A DNA stretch of 64,000 nt from Octopus vulgaris (GCA_951406725.2 OX597821.1:37448001-37512000); one strand, 5' to 3'; shown: positions 10,959-24,972, counted from the first letter of the stretch. Notes: generated by a model not told the origin, from the letters alone. Program-made: numbers and translations.

Positions 10959-13800
10959 ATTATTCGCGCGCGCATACACAAACGCGCTCGTACTGCCATT
11001 GATAGATAGTTACAGCGGTGTACCATGTTTTTGAAATTTCAGTTTCCTTACTTTTCATGTGATAAATCACTTGAAACCTCTGCAGATCAAATATCTATAT
11101 ATTGGCCCCCTACAGCACGGGATCAAAGTTTTGAGAGAAAAAAAAATCATTGCTATATAACTATATTTTTTTAATGTATTATAGAATATTCATAAAGTTT
11201 TCAAGAATAACCTGTCCAAGTTCGTGACGGAAAATTCTACTTTATTGAATATGGTATATTGTTTTGCATTTAAAAAATAAATATCCACTTATGTTATTTG
11301 TATTATTATAATTTCTTTTTTCAAGTATTCGATAGCTATTAATTAGAAGCAACTTAATTTAAAATTTTGTTATGTCTGGGGAGAGTGATTCTCTTTTAGT
11401 GCCTTATTATTTAACACAACGATAAAGTTTCCACTCATTTACTTATTTATTTTTCTAAACTTTTCGCTGCGTCTTGCAACGTTTTCAAAGGTCGTTAAAA
11501 TTTAAAATTCTAAATTTGTTACCTTAAAATTTATAAGCCATGTATTGAATAAAATATAATCCAGCAGACGATGTTGAGGAATCTTTTTTAACAGACATTG
11601 GCTTTAGAAGAAAAAGAGCTGAAATTTTATTTTGAAATATTTACTTCCCTTTTATTAGATAGGAGTTTAAACAATAATAAAATTAAATCTGTCTGTGCGT
11701 TAGATAAAGTTAAACCACATTGGGATGTATGAACATCCTGTCTCAAGATACAAGACAAAGTAATTAAAGGTTTTAATTGATGAACTAAGCAGTCTAATTT
11801 GTTACCAGAAAAATACTATTTTCAACGAATATCTGACAAAGGAAAAACAATTTATTTGATGCGGTTGCACACGATGCAGGACAATGCAGTGACCTCATGT
11901 CTCCTCGACGTGTGACCACCTAAAATTTCATTGGAAGAGGTAACATTTATTTCCTTACCAGAAGGTTTGGGAGAAAATCTTGAAAACTCCAGTTTTCTAA
12001 AAGACGGCTAAGACATCTTGATAAAAAGGAAAGGAAAGAAAAGTTAAAGATATTAAGAATAGTTGTAAGACCTCCACCCCACCCCATACTCTTAGTAATT
12101 TTTCCCGTAAGAAAAATCATTCCTTTTAAACCATGATCAAGAATTGGCTCCCAAACATTAAGAGTTGAAACTTATACATAATTTGAAAGAAAAAAAAAAC
12201 TAAAAGAAAGACTGGCCGTGATTGTATCTGCTTGTTCTCAGTACAAAAGAAGGTAAACCTTGACTGTATCTGTGACTGAAGTGGGCATTGGTGTTTAACC
12301 AGGCAAAGGTAACTTACGAAACAATCCCACTCAGTGACAAAACAATACTGTGCGCTCTGTTTCCGATTACATAAACTCAAATTCCACATGACACTGTTGC
12401 ACCTATAAACATCAACCTATTGTGAGGATTTTGAAGAATGTGTATTTTGAACTGTTTGGTTGCAAAACACAAAGGAAAATCATTCATTTAAGACTTTTCA
12501 GATTAAGTAGCAAAACACAGATAAAAAGGAAACATACCGACGGTTGCCTCTAATGAGTTATGTAGGGTGTAGGGGTAACCACATATTTTATGGTGTCAAG
12601 ATCGTTTCCACTTACCAAAAACAGATTTTGTAGGTCTATTGTGGCAATGTTTATACTTCTTGATGACAGTAATATTTAGTTCGTATTCACGGAAATCACA
12701 AGATTAATTTTTAAAAGTTAAACTCTGTTACTACCGTAGGGACTTAAATATTGACCAGTCAATGTGATGTTCGACATGCATAGGTATCGATGAATTTATC
12801 ACCAGGTGAAATATTAGATTTCTGAAATAAAAAAAGACATATCTAATAGTTCCACACACACACACACACACACCCGCATTGAAATGTGTGTGTTTTGCTG
12901 TATTTCTATCAAAATACGATAAGTTGGGGTTGACATAAACGCACAAAATTACTGTAGTATATACGCCCTTGCGCTTTTATATGTAAGTGTCTAAATTATT
13001 GTGTGTATGTATATGCAGGAATACATACACATTCGCAATATGTGTGCAGTTGCACATGCCCCACGAACATATTTGAAAGGTTAGGGACATCGATACAAGG
13101 GGCCCTTATAAATAAACTGCTAATTCTATTTAAAAAGGAAAAATTCATCAACCTCTTCGTCTTTTTGGGACAAAACTAAAAACTTATACGAAATAGGATA
13201 AAACAAGTAACCGCAGGCTAATACCCAGGTTTGTAGTTTTATGTCACATGTGTTATTGTCGAAATTTTGGAGATACATGTGACTAGCAAAGCTATTTGTA
13301 GTTTTAATGATGACGACTTTTAGTGAAAAACCAATTCGAAAATGCATATATTTAACTCTATCCTTTGCTTCTTGTGTCAAGAATCGTTAAATTTTACACT
13401 TCTTCAGAAAATCTAATGAAAATCCCAAAGTTGTACTTATTAATGTTTTTAGAGCAGAAATTATTTACTTACTCAAACATGATGACATAACCTCGCTAGA
13501 AGGCCCTAAAAGCCCAAGAACACAGCCCTTTCGCCCAAACCAAACCAAGGAAAAAGAAGGGGTAGAAATATTTGTATATTTTATAACTTTCTATTCTCTT
13601 TCCCGTTTCCCATGCTTCTCCGGTTAAATATAAATGAACCTGCAGTACAAACTGATTCTTTTTCAATATGAATTGTCTTTGTTTTGCATTAAGCTAGGGT
13701 GTTTAATAGCTAAATCTGTAGAGCATCTGTAGCATTTAATTGACCCATGACTTTCTGAATTTAAATACCATCTTGTTTTTATGACGCTGGGGCCAATAAA

Positions 13801-14173
13801 TCTCTCTGTATATAAACGGCAAAATGTCTGTCTGTGTGTGTGTGTGTATCCTTTATACAAATCCACAATTTTTCAGTTAGAGGGCTCGCACTTTCTATCA
13901 TCATTTAAAACCGTCCAAGGGTGGTCGTGCACATCTTTACATTTCCGCAGTCACCCCGCAAAGCCATTAAAAAATCAAAAGAAGTGACTTTTTGTGAATT
14001 TTCTATCCAAAACCCAATCAAAATGCCCGGAACTTGATACGCCAATTGAATGCCAGCTAACTGTATGTGATTGGTCGGAGATTTGGACAGTACTCGCGTG
14101 TATGTGTGCACGCACGCAGCTGTATATGCATGCACTAGCACTATGACCCGGCGTTGCCGGGCCGTATTGCTAG
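13801..14173 (+). mobile_element. Non-autonomous Helitron (family B)
   Basis: A|TC 5' end (tctctctgtatataaacggca), subterminal hairpin cccggcgttgccggg, CTAG|T 3' end, no TSD. Confidence 0.75.
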
Positions 14174-14232
14174 TATACAATTAAATGACAGTGTATTTAA
14201 TGGTTGCACATCCTCTCTACACATGAGCGTAT

Positions 14233-14990
14233 TTTTGCTGATGTTAGTAACAAGTAATAAGCAATAAAAAAGATTTTGATACATAAAATCCCAGAATATT
14301 TGAAGGAAGGATTACCGATTTCTATTTCGATATAGAAACATCGTTTGAGAAAGTAAAATATCTTTTTGTCATAAAATTATTCGAAAGCAGGCATGACTGA
14401 ACATAAATATATTTGCATATTCAAATTTGGAAAAGAAACAAAATATTATATCCCGTGGAAAATGACAGTTTTAAATTAGGCTCGTAATTTATTTATGATC
14501 TGATACAGAATATTGAGCATAAACTATTTTAAACGGAGCGATGGTTGCCAAAATGTGGGGAAAAAAAAGATTTTATTTTGTAAAATATGTAGTTATTTCT
14601 TAGAAATTTTCCACAGGAGAAATATTCCATAATATGATGATATTTAGCGAAGAAAGTGTTGTGCAATGGTGCCATAAATATTAAACTTAGAACATATACA
14701 GTGTCACAAGTCAGGATGATATTCTGTAAATTTGATTAATAGGAAAAGTATTAATGCTATTAATTAATACAGTAATTTTAATATCGCCCAACGCCGAATA
14801 CAACAACAACAGTAAGAATAACGATTTTCAATAACAAATAATAATTTCAAATTTTCAGTGTTATCATGTTATATAGAAACGATGTTTCTATATCGAAATA
14901 GAAATCGGTAATCCTTCCTTCAGATATTCTGGGATTTTATGTATCAAAATCTTTTTTATTGCTTATTGCTTGTTACTAACATCAGCAAAA
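14233..14990. repeat. ~115-bp near-perfect inverted repeat with ~530-bp spacer
   Basis: 14233-14346 is the reverse complement of 14877-14990 with about 2 mismatches. Confidence 0.85.
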
Positions 14991-15619
14991 ATTTTGTTGG
15001 TATAAAAGATGGGCCACAGCAAATATTCTGCTTAATAGCACAGATTTGCTTGTCAGTTTCTTGACTGACACCAGTTGAGCATGGCCCTTGGTGGCAGACG
15101 ATATGTGCGGGGGCATCCTAGCCATGTGTTGAGAGGAATTCTTTGGGGTTTGAATAATTCAACTCTTCATTCTTAAAAAAACCTTGTTCATAGACTTTTT
15201 GAGCGGGATGGGTTATTCGACATTAAGATAATTCTAATTGGGCCTCACCTGCAAGATCATGTGTTGCTTATCTTGATATGAGATCACCATGCCGTACACA
15301 TATGATTGTGATGCATGTGCTTGGTGTACTCTTATGAGACGGGTAGTCATGATGGGTATATTGGGCTTCGTGTATTTGTACCTCAGTGTCACTTTGATGG
15401 CATGCACTGTTCTCTCACTGAATAATAATAATAATAATAATAAGAAGAACTAGCTGGACCCGTTAAAACTTCACGGAAAATATAAAAAAATGTAAGCATC
15501 CGTAAATTGTGTGCTGGTGCCATGAAAAATGTTTCTATACTGTGACAGTTACAGAATATAGAAAGAAGTGTAAAACCGACAACTATATCATCCAAACAGC
15601 TCTTCTCAAACACTCTGCA

Positions 15620-16243
15620 GCATGTCTTGGGTAACAGTCTCCAGTGCGGTAGGGATTCTCTGCTCGAGTTCCTCTAGTTTTGCAGGAAGAGTGGGTAACA
15701 TAGGCCAGGCCCTTCGCATAGCCCCATGTTTGCGCTTTCACTTGTCATCTGCCATATTGTCCTGAACGAGCTGCAGATTGTAGTGTTTCATTAGCAAGCG
15801 TTTCCTCAGGACGCGCTAAACTGTGTTTCCAGACTTGTTCTTCGTATGGACTTCTTGGGGCTCCGTAAGAGTCTTTGGCGAACCCGCTTGACCGTCTTTT
15901 CCGATGTTAAAGGCCGTCCAGATCCTTTTGCCTTGCACAGACAGCCTTTCTCTTTGAATTTTTTGTACCATGTCCAAATCTGCATTGCCGTTGGTGACAT
16001 TTTAGAGAAATCTCCCAGAAATTCACGCTGCACAGTCTTGTTCGACTGTGTCCGAGCATACTCCAACACACAAAACACCTTTTCTCTTCCAGCGAATGCC
16101 ATTTCTCTACCTGAAAAGATAAACATATCAAACATTAAACGTAAAATTTTGACCTGTTTCTACACATGCTGTTAAAATTTGAAGTCATTTGAACTGGCAA
16201 AGTTATCAGTTTGCGAAATGATATCAACTTTTTTGAAACACCC
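15620..16243 (-). mobile_element. Internally deleted Tc1/mariner-superfamily transposon (N-terminal HTH of transposase)
   Basis: ORF 15806-16135 (EKVFCVLEYARTQSNKTVQREF...WYKKFKEKG...GSGRP...SPKKSIRR) resembles the N-terminus of the 40.3-kb transposase. TIR-like TA|GGGTGTTTCAAAAAAG at the 5' end. Confidence 0.7.
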
Positions 16244-16313
<70 letters not shown>

Positions 16314-16519
16314 TATATATATATATGACTGGCTTCTTTCAGTTTCCGTCTACCAAATTCACTCACGAGCCTTTGGTCGGTTCGAGGCTATAGTTGAAGA
16401 CACTCATGCTCGTTTGATTCCAGGATCGTAAAGAAAGAGGACGAAAAAAATACAATCCATTAAAATTTAAAATAGGAAGAATTTGGAGCATGAGAACAGT
16501 AAAAATAGTGCCTATAATA

Positions 16520-16866
16520 ATTGTGCTACCCACACAATTCCTACCAGAAATAAGACCGAACATGAACCAAACTAAAATAATGAAAATAAGTGCCAGATAA
16601 TTGACTTTACAGTCCCAAATAATCAGAAAGTCAATATGAGAGGTATAGAGAAAATAGCAAAGTACCAGAACCTAGTCATTGAGTTACAGAGACTATGGAG
16701 AGTGCGGGTAAAATGTATCCCTGTAGCTATAGGTGTATTAGGAACTATCCCTAAAATTTGAATAGATGGGTAGAGGAAATAGGCATAAAATCCAGTTAAG
16801 TACAACTCTAGAAAACAGTGTTATTAGGGGAGAGGTAGGATACTTAGAAAGGTTCTTGGCATCTAA
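16520..16866 (+). mobile_element. 3' fragment of an REL-endonuclease non-LTR retrotransposon (R4/Dong/NeSL-like)
   Basis: Frame from 16591 reads CQIIDFTVPNNQKVNMRGIEKIAKYQNLVIELQRLWRVRVKCIPVAIGVLGTIP, then KTVLLG...ILRKVLGI*, typical of the restriction-like endonuclease C-terminus. A (CAA)n tract follows. Not in the ORF track. Confidence 0.65.
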
Positions 16867-18892
16867 AATTACTTTTTTCCCGATGTCAGGAATTCCTCTT
16901 TTCTGGCAGTACAATCTAGTAACAACACCAACACCACCACCAACAGCAACAACAACAACAACTACAACAACAACAACTACAACAATAAAAACAACAATAA
17001 AATGGTTGTGTAGCTTATTTATAAGTAATGCTATTACACTTATTTGTAATAGCTGTCTAAAATAAAGTAAATTTCATTATATTTCGACATAAATTTCATT
17101 TTATAAAACAAATGCAGCATAATGTATAAACTAGTCATGAAAGCTATTTATGTTCTTTCACAGTCGGAACTGTTTTGTGTTGGCACAAGTAAAGTAACAC
17201 ATAAAATTCGATTTTAGTGGCATCTATTTTCTCCTTTGTCAAAGAACGATGAATAATTAAAAGCAAATGCACAGAGCGCGGTCGTATTTGTGATAATTTT
17301 TGCAAATATGATTTCGATGCAAGAATAGTTAACAACTTGAGTTTTGACCATTATTGGCTCAGGCCATGTTTAACTCTATGGAACAACCTTTTAAGCATAG
17401 CTCTCTTGAGTAGAAATTTGTTGCTTATCGAAATGTATCCGAGTGTCGGTTGTTTGGTATTTCTTGGAGGAATTTGTCGAATGCCATGATGTCTTCTTAT
17501 ATTTCTTTTCGAATGGCACGAGGAAATGTTGATAACGCACGACCAGTTGAAGTAAAAAGTAAAAAAAAAATTGTTGTAATGTTGTTATGTGATGTGAGCT
17601 CGGTTTTTGTAGGAGCCCAAACTTGGGTGACTTTTAAACTTCATACTGGCGTCATATGGACCGTGTTGATGGAATATTGGAATATTGTACAATAATGATG
17701 TTGCAAAATGTATATGAGAGAATAAGCGGATCTTTTCAGTTTGAAGGCCAGATTTTCCTAGTTAACTAAACAATTTGAAACTTCGTATACTGGTAGAATG
17801 TGTCAAAAGAAAACATAGTTGTAAACCAAAATGAAAACGGAATTGTAATTTCTAAGTTTAACGTTGTTTAATAATTCGAATTTTAACCAATGATATTCTT
17901 TCTTTCGACCTCATATTATTTACTGCCTCTCAAAATATTGTTACTGTGACGTAAACAGCTATTTTGTGACGTAGTTAACGTAAACATGTAAACAGACCTA
18001 CAGATTCGTTTGTAACGTAAACATCCGCTCATCGTAAATAGCTAAATTCGCTTGGCATCGTACACAGCTTTTTCAGTTCCCTAGAATTATATTTCAAAGA
18101 AAAATAAAAAGAAAAAGATTCATACGCATAAATATCCATCCTTAGACATCAGAAAATGAGTGTTTAAATTATTTTCCATTGTTTGCATTGCTTACACACA
18201 CACACATACATACACACATACTAAAATTACATCGTTGGAGCAGTAATTTATTTATGTATTTTTTGTTATACAATTTATTTTAAAGCTGAATCCCTATCCT
18301 GCCATTAACCCCTTTCTTATAAAATAGTTGAAGAATCTGGGGTGTAGGTATTGGGCCAGTATTGGAACTTTTAACTTCTTGCTCTCTATCTTATGATCTC
18401 CGAAATTTAAGAATCTTGTGTTAACTCGGCTCTTATTATTTACTCTGACTCTGCCACCACCTCAATGCAAAGACTATCAATATCAGAATCATCTTCACAA
18501 CCACCACTACAACCATTACTACAACCTCGAATGCCACCACCACAACCATCTTCTGCAACCACAACCCCAAGATCAATACCAGCATCATATTCAAAATCAC
18601 CAATTTCACCACCACTACACTCTGCAATGTCTTCAACTCTACCATCCATGAGACATCCTAACATAATCAATGCTACTACTACTATCATCATCATTATCAT
18701 CCACTGCCGCCACCACCACCTCTACAAAAACACCAACACTATAATTTCTGCCATCATACACATCCACTGTCACCACTACACCACCACTGCCATGATAACC
18801 ACATCTACCACCTCCAACACCATTGCCACCACTATCTATGAGACATCCTAAGTTAGAAACTACTTTCACTTTCTAGTTGCTCTTTGAGTTTA

Positions 18893-19293
18893 TCTTTATA
18901 TATAAAAGAGAGGTTGTGTGTCTGTCTCCTACGATTTAGATTCCTAACTACTCCCACATTTTGCGGTGCAGTGTAACCAAAACCGGGTATCTTATAGTCG
19001 TGATTCATATCGAGCCTTTCTGGGTATTAGCGCGCGTCTACGATGAGTCTACGATTAAAAAAAAATAATTACCATCATTTTTTTCCATTTTAATGCATTT
19101 TTTCGATATTATATAAGGGAAGTAACTCTCTAAAAATGTCTACGATGAGTCAACGATTAAAAAAAAAAATTTACCATCATTTTTTTCCATTTTTAATGCA
19201 TTTTTTTTTGCTATTTTTTGGCTATAACTCTCTAAAAATGCTTATATGGTTATTTCCCTTACAAACCCGAGCAACGCCGGGCGATACTGCTAG
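18893..19293 (+). mobile_element. Non-autonomous Helitron (family A)
   Basis: A|TCTTTATATATAAAAG 5' end, hairpin cccgagcaacgccggg, gatactgCTAG|T 3' end. Confidence 0.85.
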
Positions 19294-19809
19294 TTATATC
19301 TAATCTATCTCTCTAAAAGATGCAAAGCAAGTAGCATTAAATGGTGAATGGATGTGAGCAGAAAGCGAGTAAGTTCCATTCCAGTTTACAACAATTATAG
19401 AATTATTCTCAAACCATAAATGAAGGGTGGAGAGGAGTGAAGGAGGAGTCATGTTTCCTCTGAGGGGTTACAGAAGTAATAAGAACTGAAAAGTGGAGTT
19501 TGCGTTATTATTTTTGTTTCATAGTTTACAATTATTTCTACAAATTCATTTTGACTTATCTTCAATCATGTTTATAAACGTGACCGCTGTGCCATCCACT
19601 ATAAACATTGATTAATGTCCTATATTTAAGCGATAGACAAACACTTCAGCATATTATTTTTTGTAGAGAGTTGCGAGGGATCATTTCTATGAACGGGGTA
19701 TCTGTACAACGGATATGACTACATCATTAATTGTGGAGTCGTTTAAAAACACGATGCAAGATTAAGTCAACATGGAATTTTTGAAACAATCATAAATTGT
19801 TCTATATTT

Positions 19810-19960
19810 TAGAGATGAGGAATTCTGTACAATATTTACATTTTTTACATTGGACGGATATTTGTCCACATCTTGTTTGTTGCTACCACAAAATTTCGGC
19901 TGATTTACTCTCCAGCCTTCATCAGGTGTCCTGGTAGAATTTTGAATCCAACCCTAGGTT
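19810..19960 (-). mobile_element. Penelope-like pLTR fragment with degenerate hammerhead core
   Basis: Minus strand reads acac-CTGATGA-aggctg-gagagtaaat-cagcc-GAAA-ttttgtg. Stem II is intact; stem III and the cleavage triplet are decayed. Confidence 0.5.
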
Positions 19961-20400
19961 CTAAGGTGCCACGCAATGTGAATGAACCCGAAACTATGTG
20001 GCTGGTATGGCCGGTCAGGGAGTCACCTTTGCTTTCGCGCCTTTTACGTTCTTAGCCGTGGGAGACGTCTATATTGCTAAGAGTATAAAAAGTGTGAAAC
20101 CAATGGTAACGTCCTGACTGGTCGTAAACCACAACTACATTAGATATTACTACGATATATCTAAAAAAAACATTTACTTGTCTCAGTCATTCGACATATT
20201 CTATCGGTTAATTTCGTCGAACTTCTAAGTTGCGGGGATGGAAAGGAAGTCAACAAGCGGTTGTCTGGGACAAGCACGAAGCTAGCCCCCTCCGGCCCAC
20301 AAACACGTATATACGACGGGCTTTTTCCAGTTTCCATCGTCCAAATCTATTTGACCTAGTGACCAGGCAGCAAACTTCTTGTCACACAGTCACTCCTACG

Positions 20401-20450
<50 letters not shown>

Positions 20451-21099
20451 CACGTCCCCGTAGCTTAGCGTTTTGGAAAAAGAAACCGATAGAATAAGTG
20501 CTAGGGTTCCAAAGAGTAAGTCCTGGGGTCGATTTCTATAACTAAAAAACCTTCAAACTCTGCTTGTTGTTCTTTCACCTGTCTTCGTCTTTTGTTTTCT
20601 GTAAATTTGAACTACACACACACACGCGCGCACACACACACTCACACACACACACACACTCACACACACACACACTCACACACACACACACGCACACATA
20701 CACACGCACACACATATATATATAGGTAAAAGATTAATGAGTGCGTGCGTTACATAAATAATATCTTCAGGATTAAATAAAAAGACAACAAACGGAAAAT
20801 ATGACATATCTATATATATATAATTAAAAATAAACGTATTGTAAATAAACAAACGAACATATACTAAATGCACAGGCGAACAGAAAACACACAAGGTCAC
20901 AAATTCTTCATCAGTTATCAGCAAGAAGAGTCAAACGCAATTTCGGGCATTATCGATACTATTGTTTCTTTCGCTGTTCGCAAAAAGTTCGTATTCCATA
21001 TTTTCGTATTTCGTATTTCCTGTTGTTTACCTTCTGTGACGTCCTGAACCCATATATGCATATGTATATACATATATATGTGTAAGTATATACATACAC

Positions 21100-21134
<35 letters not shown>

Positions 21135-21137
21135 TAT

Positions 21138-22080
21138 AAAAAAATAAATATAAGAGAATGGTCACTATGTGGCTCATTCTAGCACTAGCAAATCCAAAAG
21201 GTTTCAACCACAAAATACATGTTTCCCATGAAAGCCAGTACGATTGTTAGCTCACACGAACAGGGCAAATAAAAAATAACAAAAATACAGATTATTTTGG
21301 GACAATTGTTTCGCTATTAATGAATTAAATGTAATTTTACTTACAAAAAACCCACTTGTAGCTCCTCAGCCAAAACTATCTGGATGAAATCCAGAGCCAC
21401 ATAGTGACCATTCTCTTATATTTATTTTTGTATAAATATTATAATATATTATAAAATATTATAATAATCCAGGTTTCTCGAAGCACTGGGCCACTTGGTG
21501 TTGAATAGATATACTATTAAATTAGTATCTAATTCTCTCACCCTTATTAATTAATTATAATTATGCTACATTTATTTCTAAATGTAGTATTTGTTTCCGT
21601 GAAAGTTTGGCGCGCTGTTGGTAGGGGCATTTGAATTATAACGTCGGATGTAATCAATTGAACCACACGTGTATTTATCGTTATGGTAAAATCTGGCGTG
21701 TGATTGAGTGGATTTCATCCAGATAGTTTTGGCTGAGGAGCTACAAGTGGGTTTTTTGTAAGTAAAATTACATTTAATTCATTAATAGCGAAACAATTGT
21801 CCCAAAATAATCTGTATTTTTGTTATTTTTTATTTGCCCTGTTCGTGTGAGCTAACAATCGTACTGGCTTTCATGGGAAACATGTATTTTTGTGGTTGAA
21901 ACCTTTTGGATTTGCTAGTGCTAGAATGAGCCACATAGTGACCATTCTCTTATATTTATTTTTGTATAAATATTATAATATATTATAAAATATTATAATA
22001 ATCCAGGTTTCTCGAAGCACTGGGCCACTTGGTGTTGAATAGATATACTATTAAATTAGTATCTAATTCTCTCACCCTTA

Positions 22081-22087
<7 letters not shown>
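21138..22087 (+). mobile_element. Penelope-like element remnant (inverted plus direct pLTR arrangement)
   Basis: 21138-21393 is the reverse complement of 21709-21964; 21394-21558 is directly repeated at 21929-22087. It contains a hammerhead and is flanked by (TA)n. Confidence 0.75.
21727..21807 (+). ncRNA. Type I hammerhead ribozyme (minimal palindromic stem III); mirror copy on minus strand at ~21295-21375
   Basis: ttttgg-CTGAGGA-gcta...tagc-GAAA-caattg-TC-ccaaaa: stem I ttttgg/ccaaaa, stem II gcta/tagc, GUC cleavage triplet. Confidence 0.75.
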
Positions 22088-22136
<49 letters not shown>

Positions 22137-23018
22137 CATTATCTATAAACATTACAATTGTTTCGACACATTTTTACACTTGTTCATTGGTGAGATGTTG
22201 TGTAATCATTATCACCAATTCAAGGTGTGAAATGCACCTTCTTTGAGTAAGACTTTATACGAGCTTTATATAGCATACCACAAGGGTTTTACCCGTATAT
22301 TTACTCGCGTATGTGTGTATATGTATAAAAGCGGAGCAAGAGTACACACGAAGACAGAAAGTGTCGCTGAAGAGTTCACAGAGGTCTGACGAAAGATTTC
22401 CGGACGATAAACATAAATTAGAATAAGAACAGTAATAAATGAGTGAAAAGGGAATTATATAGTGGCCTGTTTATTTGGCAAAAAGAGGGAAAAAATAACT
22501 CGAAATACAACAATATCTGTTTCAACGCACGGTTTCACATCAAGAATCTTGCAACACACATATATAAAAGGATATATTTACAGAAAACAACAAAAGACGA
22601 AGACAGGTGCAGGAATAACAAGCAGGTGCATTAGTTTGACTGAATATTTATAGAGAATACCAAACGAGTTCCCTATGGATACCGTATTTATTACAACGAG
22701 TGGCTTGTAAACGAGTTGTAATAAATACGGTATCCATAGGGAATGAGTTTGGTATTTTATTTATTACACACGAATAAACGACCATATTTTATTAACCCAA
22801 TAACTAAATTCTTCACGTTTAGTTGTAACTTATGAATGACAAAAGTAGTGCCGTCACCGTGACGTCGGGTCATCACCATGGATTGACCAATCAGAAGCAG
22901 CGCTGTCACCGTGACCTCGGGTCATCACCATGGATTGACCAATCAGAAGCAGCGCTCGCAGTATCTGACATATGTTAGATACCAAAAATATCTCAAAGTG
23001 TTCTCACTCACATGTGTG

Positions 23019-23058
<40 letters not shown>

Positions 23059-23100
23059 AGTGTAGGAAGAAACGAAGATTTAACAAAATTCCTTTTTATT

Positions 23101-23186
23101 ATTTTCTACATATGTTTCAAAGGCTGCAAAGTCCCTAATTCGGATTGAATAAGGAGTCCATTTTGCAGCCTTCTCTTCAGGAAAAT
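23101..23186 (-). ncRNA. Type I hammerhead ribozyme
   Basis: Minus strand reads attttc-CTGAAGA-gaaggctgcaaa...tttgcagccttt-GAAA-catatg-TA-gaaaat: 6-bp stem I, 12-bp stem II, palindromic stem III ACATATGT, GUA triplet. Confidence 0.8.
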
Positions 23187-23761
23187 CCAGGAACTTAATT
23201 CTCCAACAAAATGCACAGCAAGCTTTTCACAAACGCTCACGAGGAGCCCATGGAATAAATGGCACAAACTGTCTATCTATATGCGTTGACGCCAGGCTGG
23301 GTGAAAGCAGACGAGAATGTCCGTTAAGATAGTTCAAGGTCAGAATCCGGTTAGGAGAAGGGGGGTACAGGAAAATCAAAGAGTGTGAATGTATTCTGTA
23401 TGACTGGTGTTTATATTTGAATTATTTTAAGAATGAGTGCTAGAGTGTTTGAGTGTGAGAAATTGCTTTCATGTATGTGTGTGTGCGTCTATGTATGTGT
23501 GGCAGTGTGTTTCGAAGGCAGCAAGAGAGAGATATATAGCAGGTATTAATGGTCAAGCAACAGAAAAGACTGTATATATATATATAAATTAGAAAAAAAA
23601 AACCTTTTATCAATTCATGATATATACGATTTATTTATTATTTTGCACATTACTTAATCATCGGTATATTATTATTTTATATTTAATATTTCTATTATAT
23701 GTAATTTTCTAGATGGTGTAATTTAATTGTTCATTTTGAATTGATAAAAGGTGGTTTTTTC

Positions 23762-23803
<42 letters not shown>

Positions 23804-23902
23804 TTCGTGAAATTTGAATTAGTATTTCTAAATTGAATTTTTCCCTGTAAGTTATGTATAATATTCCCTCAAATTTTATATATATATATATATATATATA
23901 CA

Positions 23903-23944
<42 letters not shown>

Positions 23945-23946
23945 TG

Positions 23947-23978
<32 letters not shown>

Positions 23979-23998
23979 TATATACTGTATATATATGT

Positions 23999-24033
<35 letters not shown>

Positions 24034-24034
<1 letters not shown>

Positions 24035-24431
24035 CTTTATATATAAAAGTGAAGTTGTGTGTCTGTCTCCTACGATTTAGATTCATAACTACTCCCTCAT
24101 TTTGCGGTGTAGTGTAACCAAAAGCGGGTATCTTATAGTCGTGATTCATATCGAGCCCTTCTGGGTATTAGCGCACGTCTACGATGAGTTTACGATTTAA
24201 AAAAAAAATTACCATAATTTTTTCCGCATTTTTAATGCATTTTCGCTCGGTTTATATAAGGGAAGTAACTCTCTAAAAATGTATTATTAAATCTCAGAAT
24301 GTAAAAAGCTACAGTAACACTCCCCCTTTGTGGTTAGCCATATTGAGATGGCTATTATACTTTACATCTCTAAAAATGCTTATATAGTTATTTCCCTTAC
24401 AAACCCGAGCAACGCCGGGCGACACTGCTAG
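24034..24431 (+). mobile_element. Non-autonomous Helitron (family A)
   Basis: Same termini and body as 18893-19293; inserted in (TA)n. Confidence 0.85.
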
Positions 24432-24972
24432 TATATATATATATATATATATACTCTTTTATTCTTTTATTTGTTACAGTCATTTGACTTTGGCCATGCT
24501 GGAGCACTGCCTTTAGTCGAGCAAATCGACTCTAGGGATTATTCTTTGTAAGCCTAGTACTTATTCTATCGGTCTGTTTTTGCCACACACACACACATAC
24601 ATATACACACACACACATACATATATACACATACGCACACACACTCACACACGTATACACACATACATCTTGTTGATTCTTGGGAGGGTCATTATGCCAA
24701 TAACGATATGGTTACACATCTGACCAACTTCGTAATCGATCGTTTGTTTGGTTAAACAATCAAAGTTTTATTTCTTCGTGAAAGTCCGTTCGTCGCTATT
24801 TTTCGCGACCTTTTCAATAGCTTGTCCTTTCTCTTCAACGTCTGCCCTGAAATTTGGCCGCGAATTAATCTTATGTCTGCGTGCATGCATGCCTTTCTAT
24901 GTGTGTGTAGATGTGTGTTTGCTTAGAAGAATAAGGGTGAGAGGAAAGGAGATTATGTGCGTGCGTGCGAGT

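Noticed and set aside
18418-18869. His/Thr/Pro-rich ORFs
   Set aside because: Degenerate (CAC/CAT)n low-complexity DNA, open in most frames.
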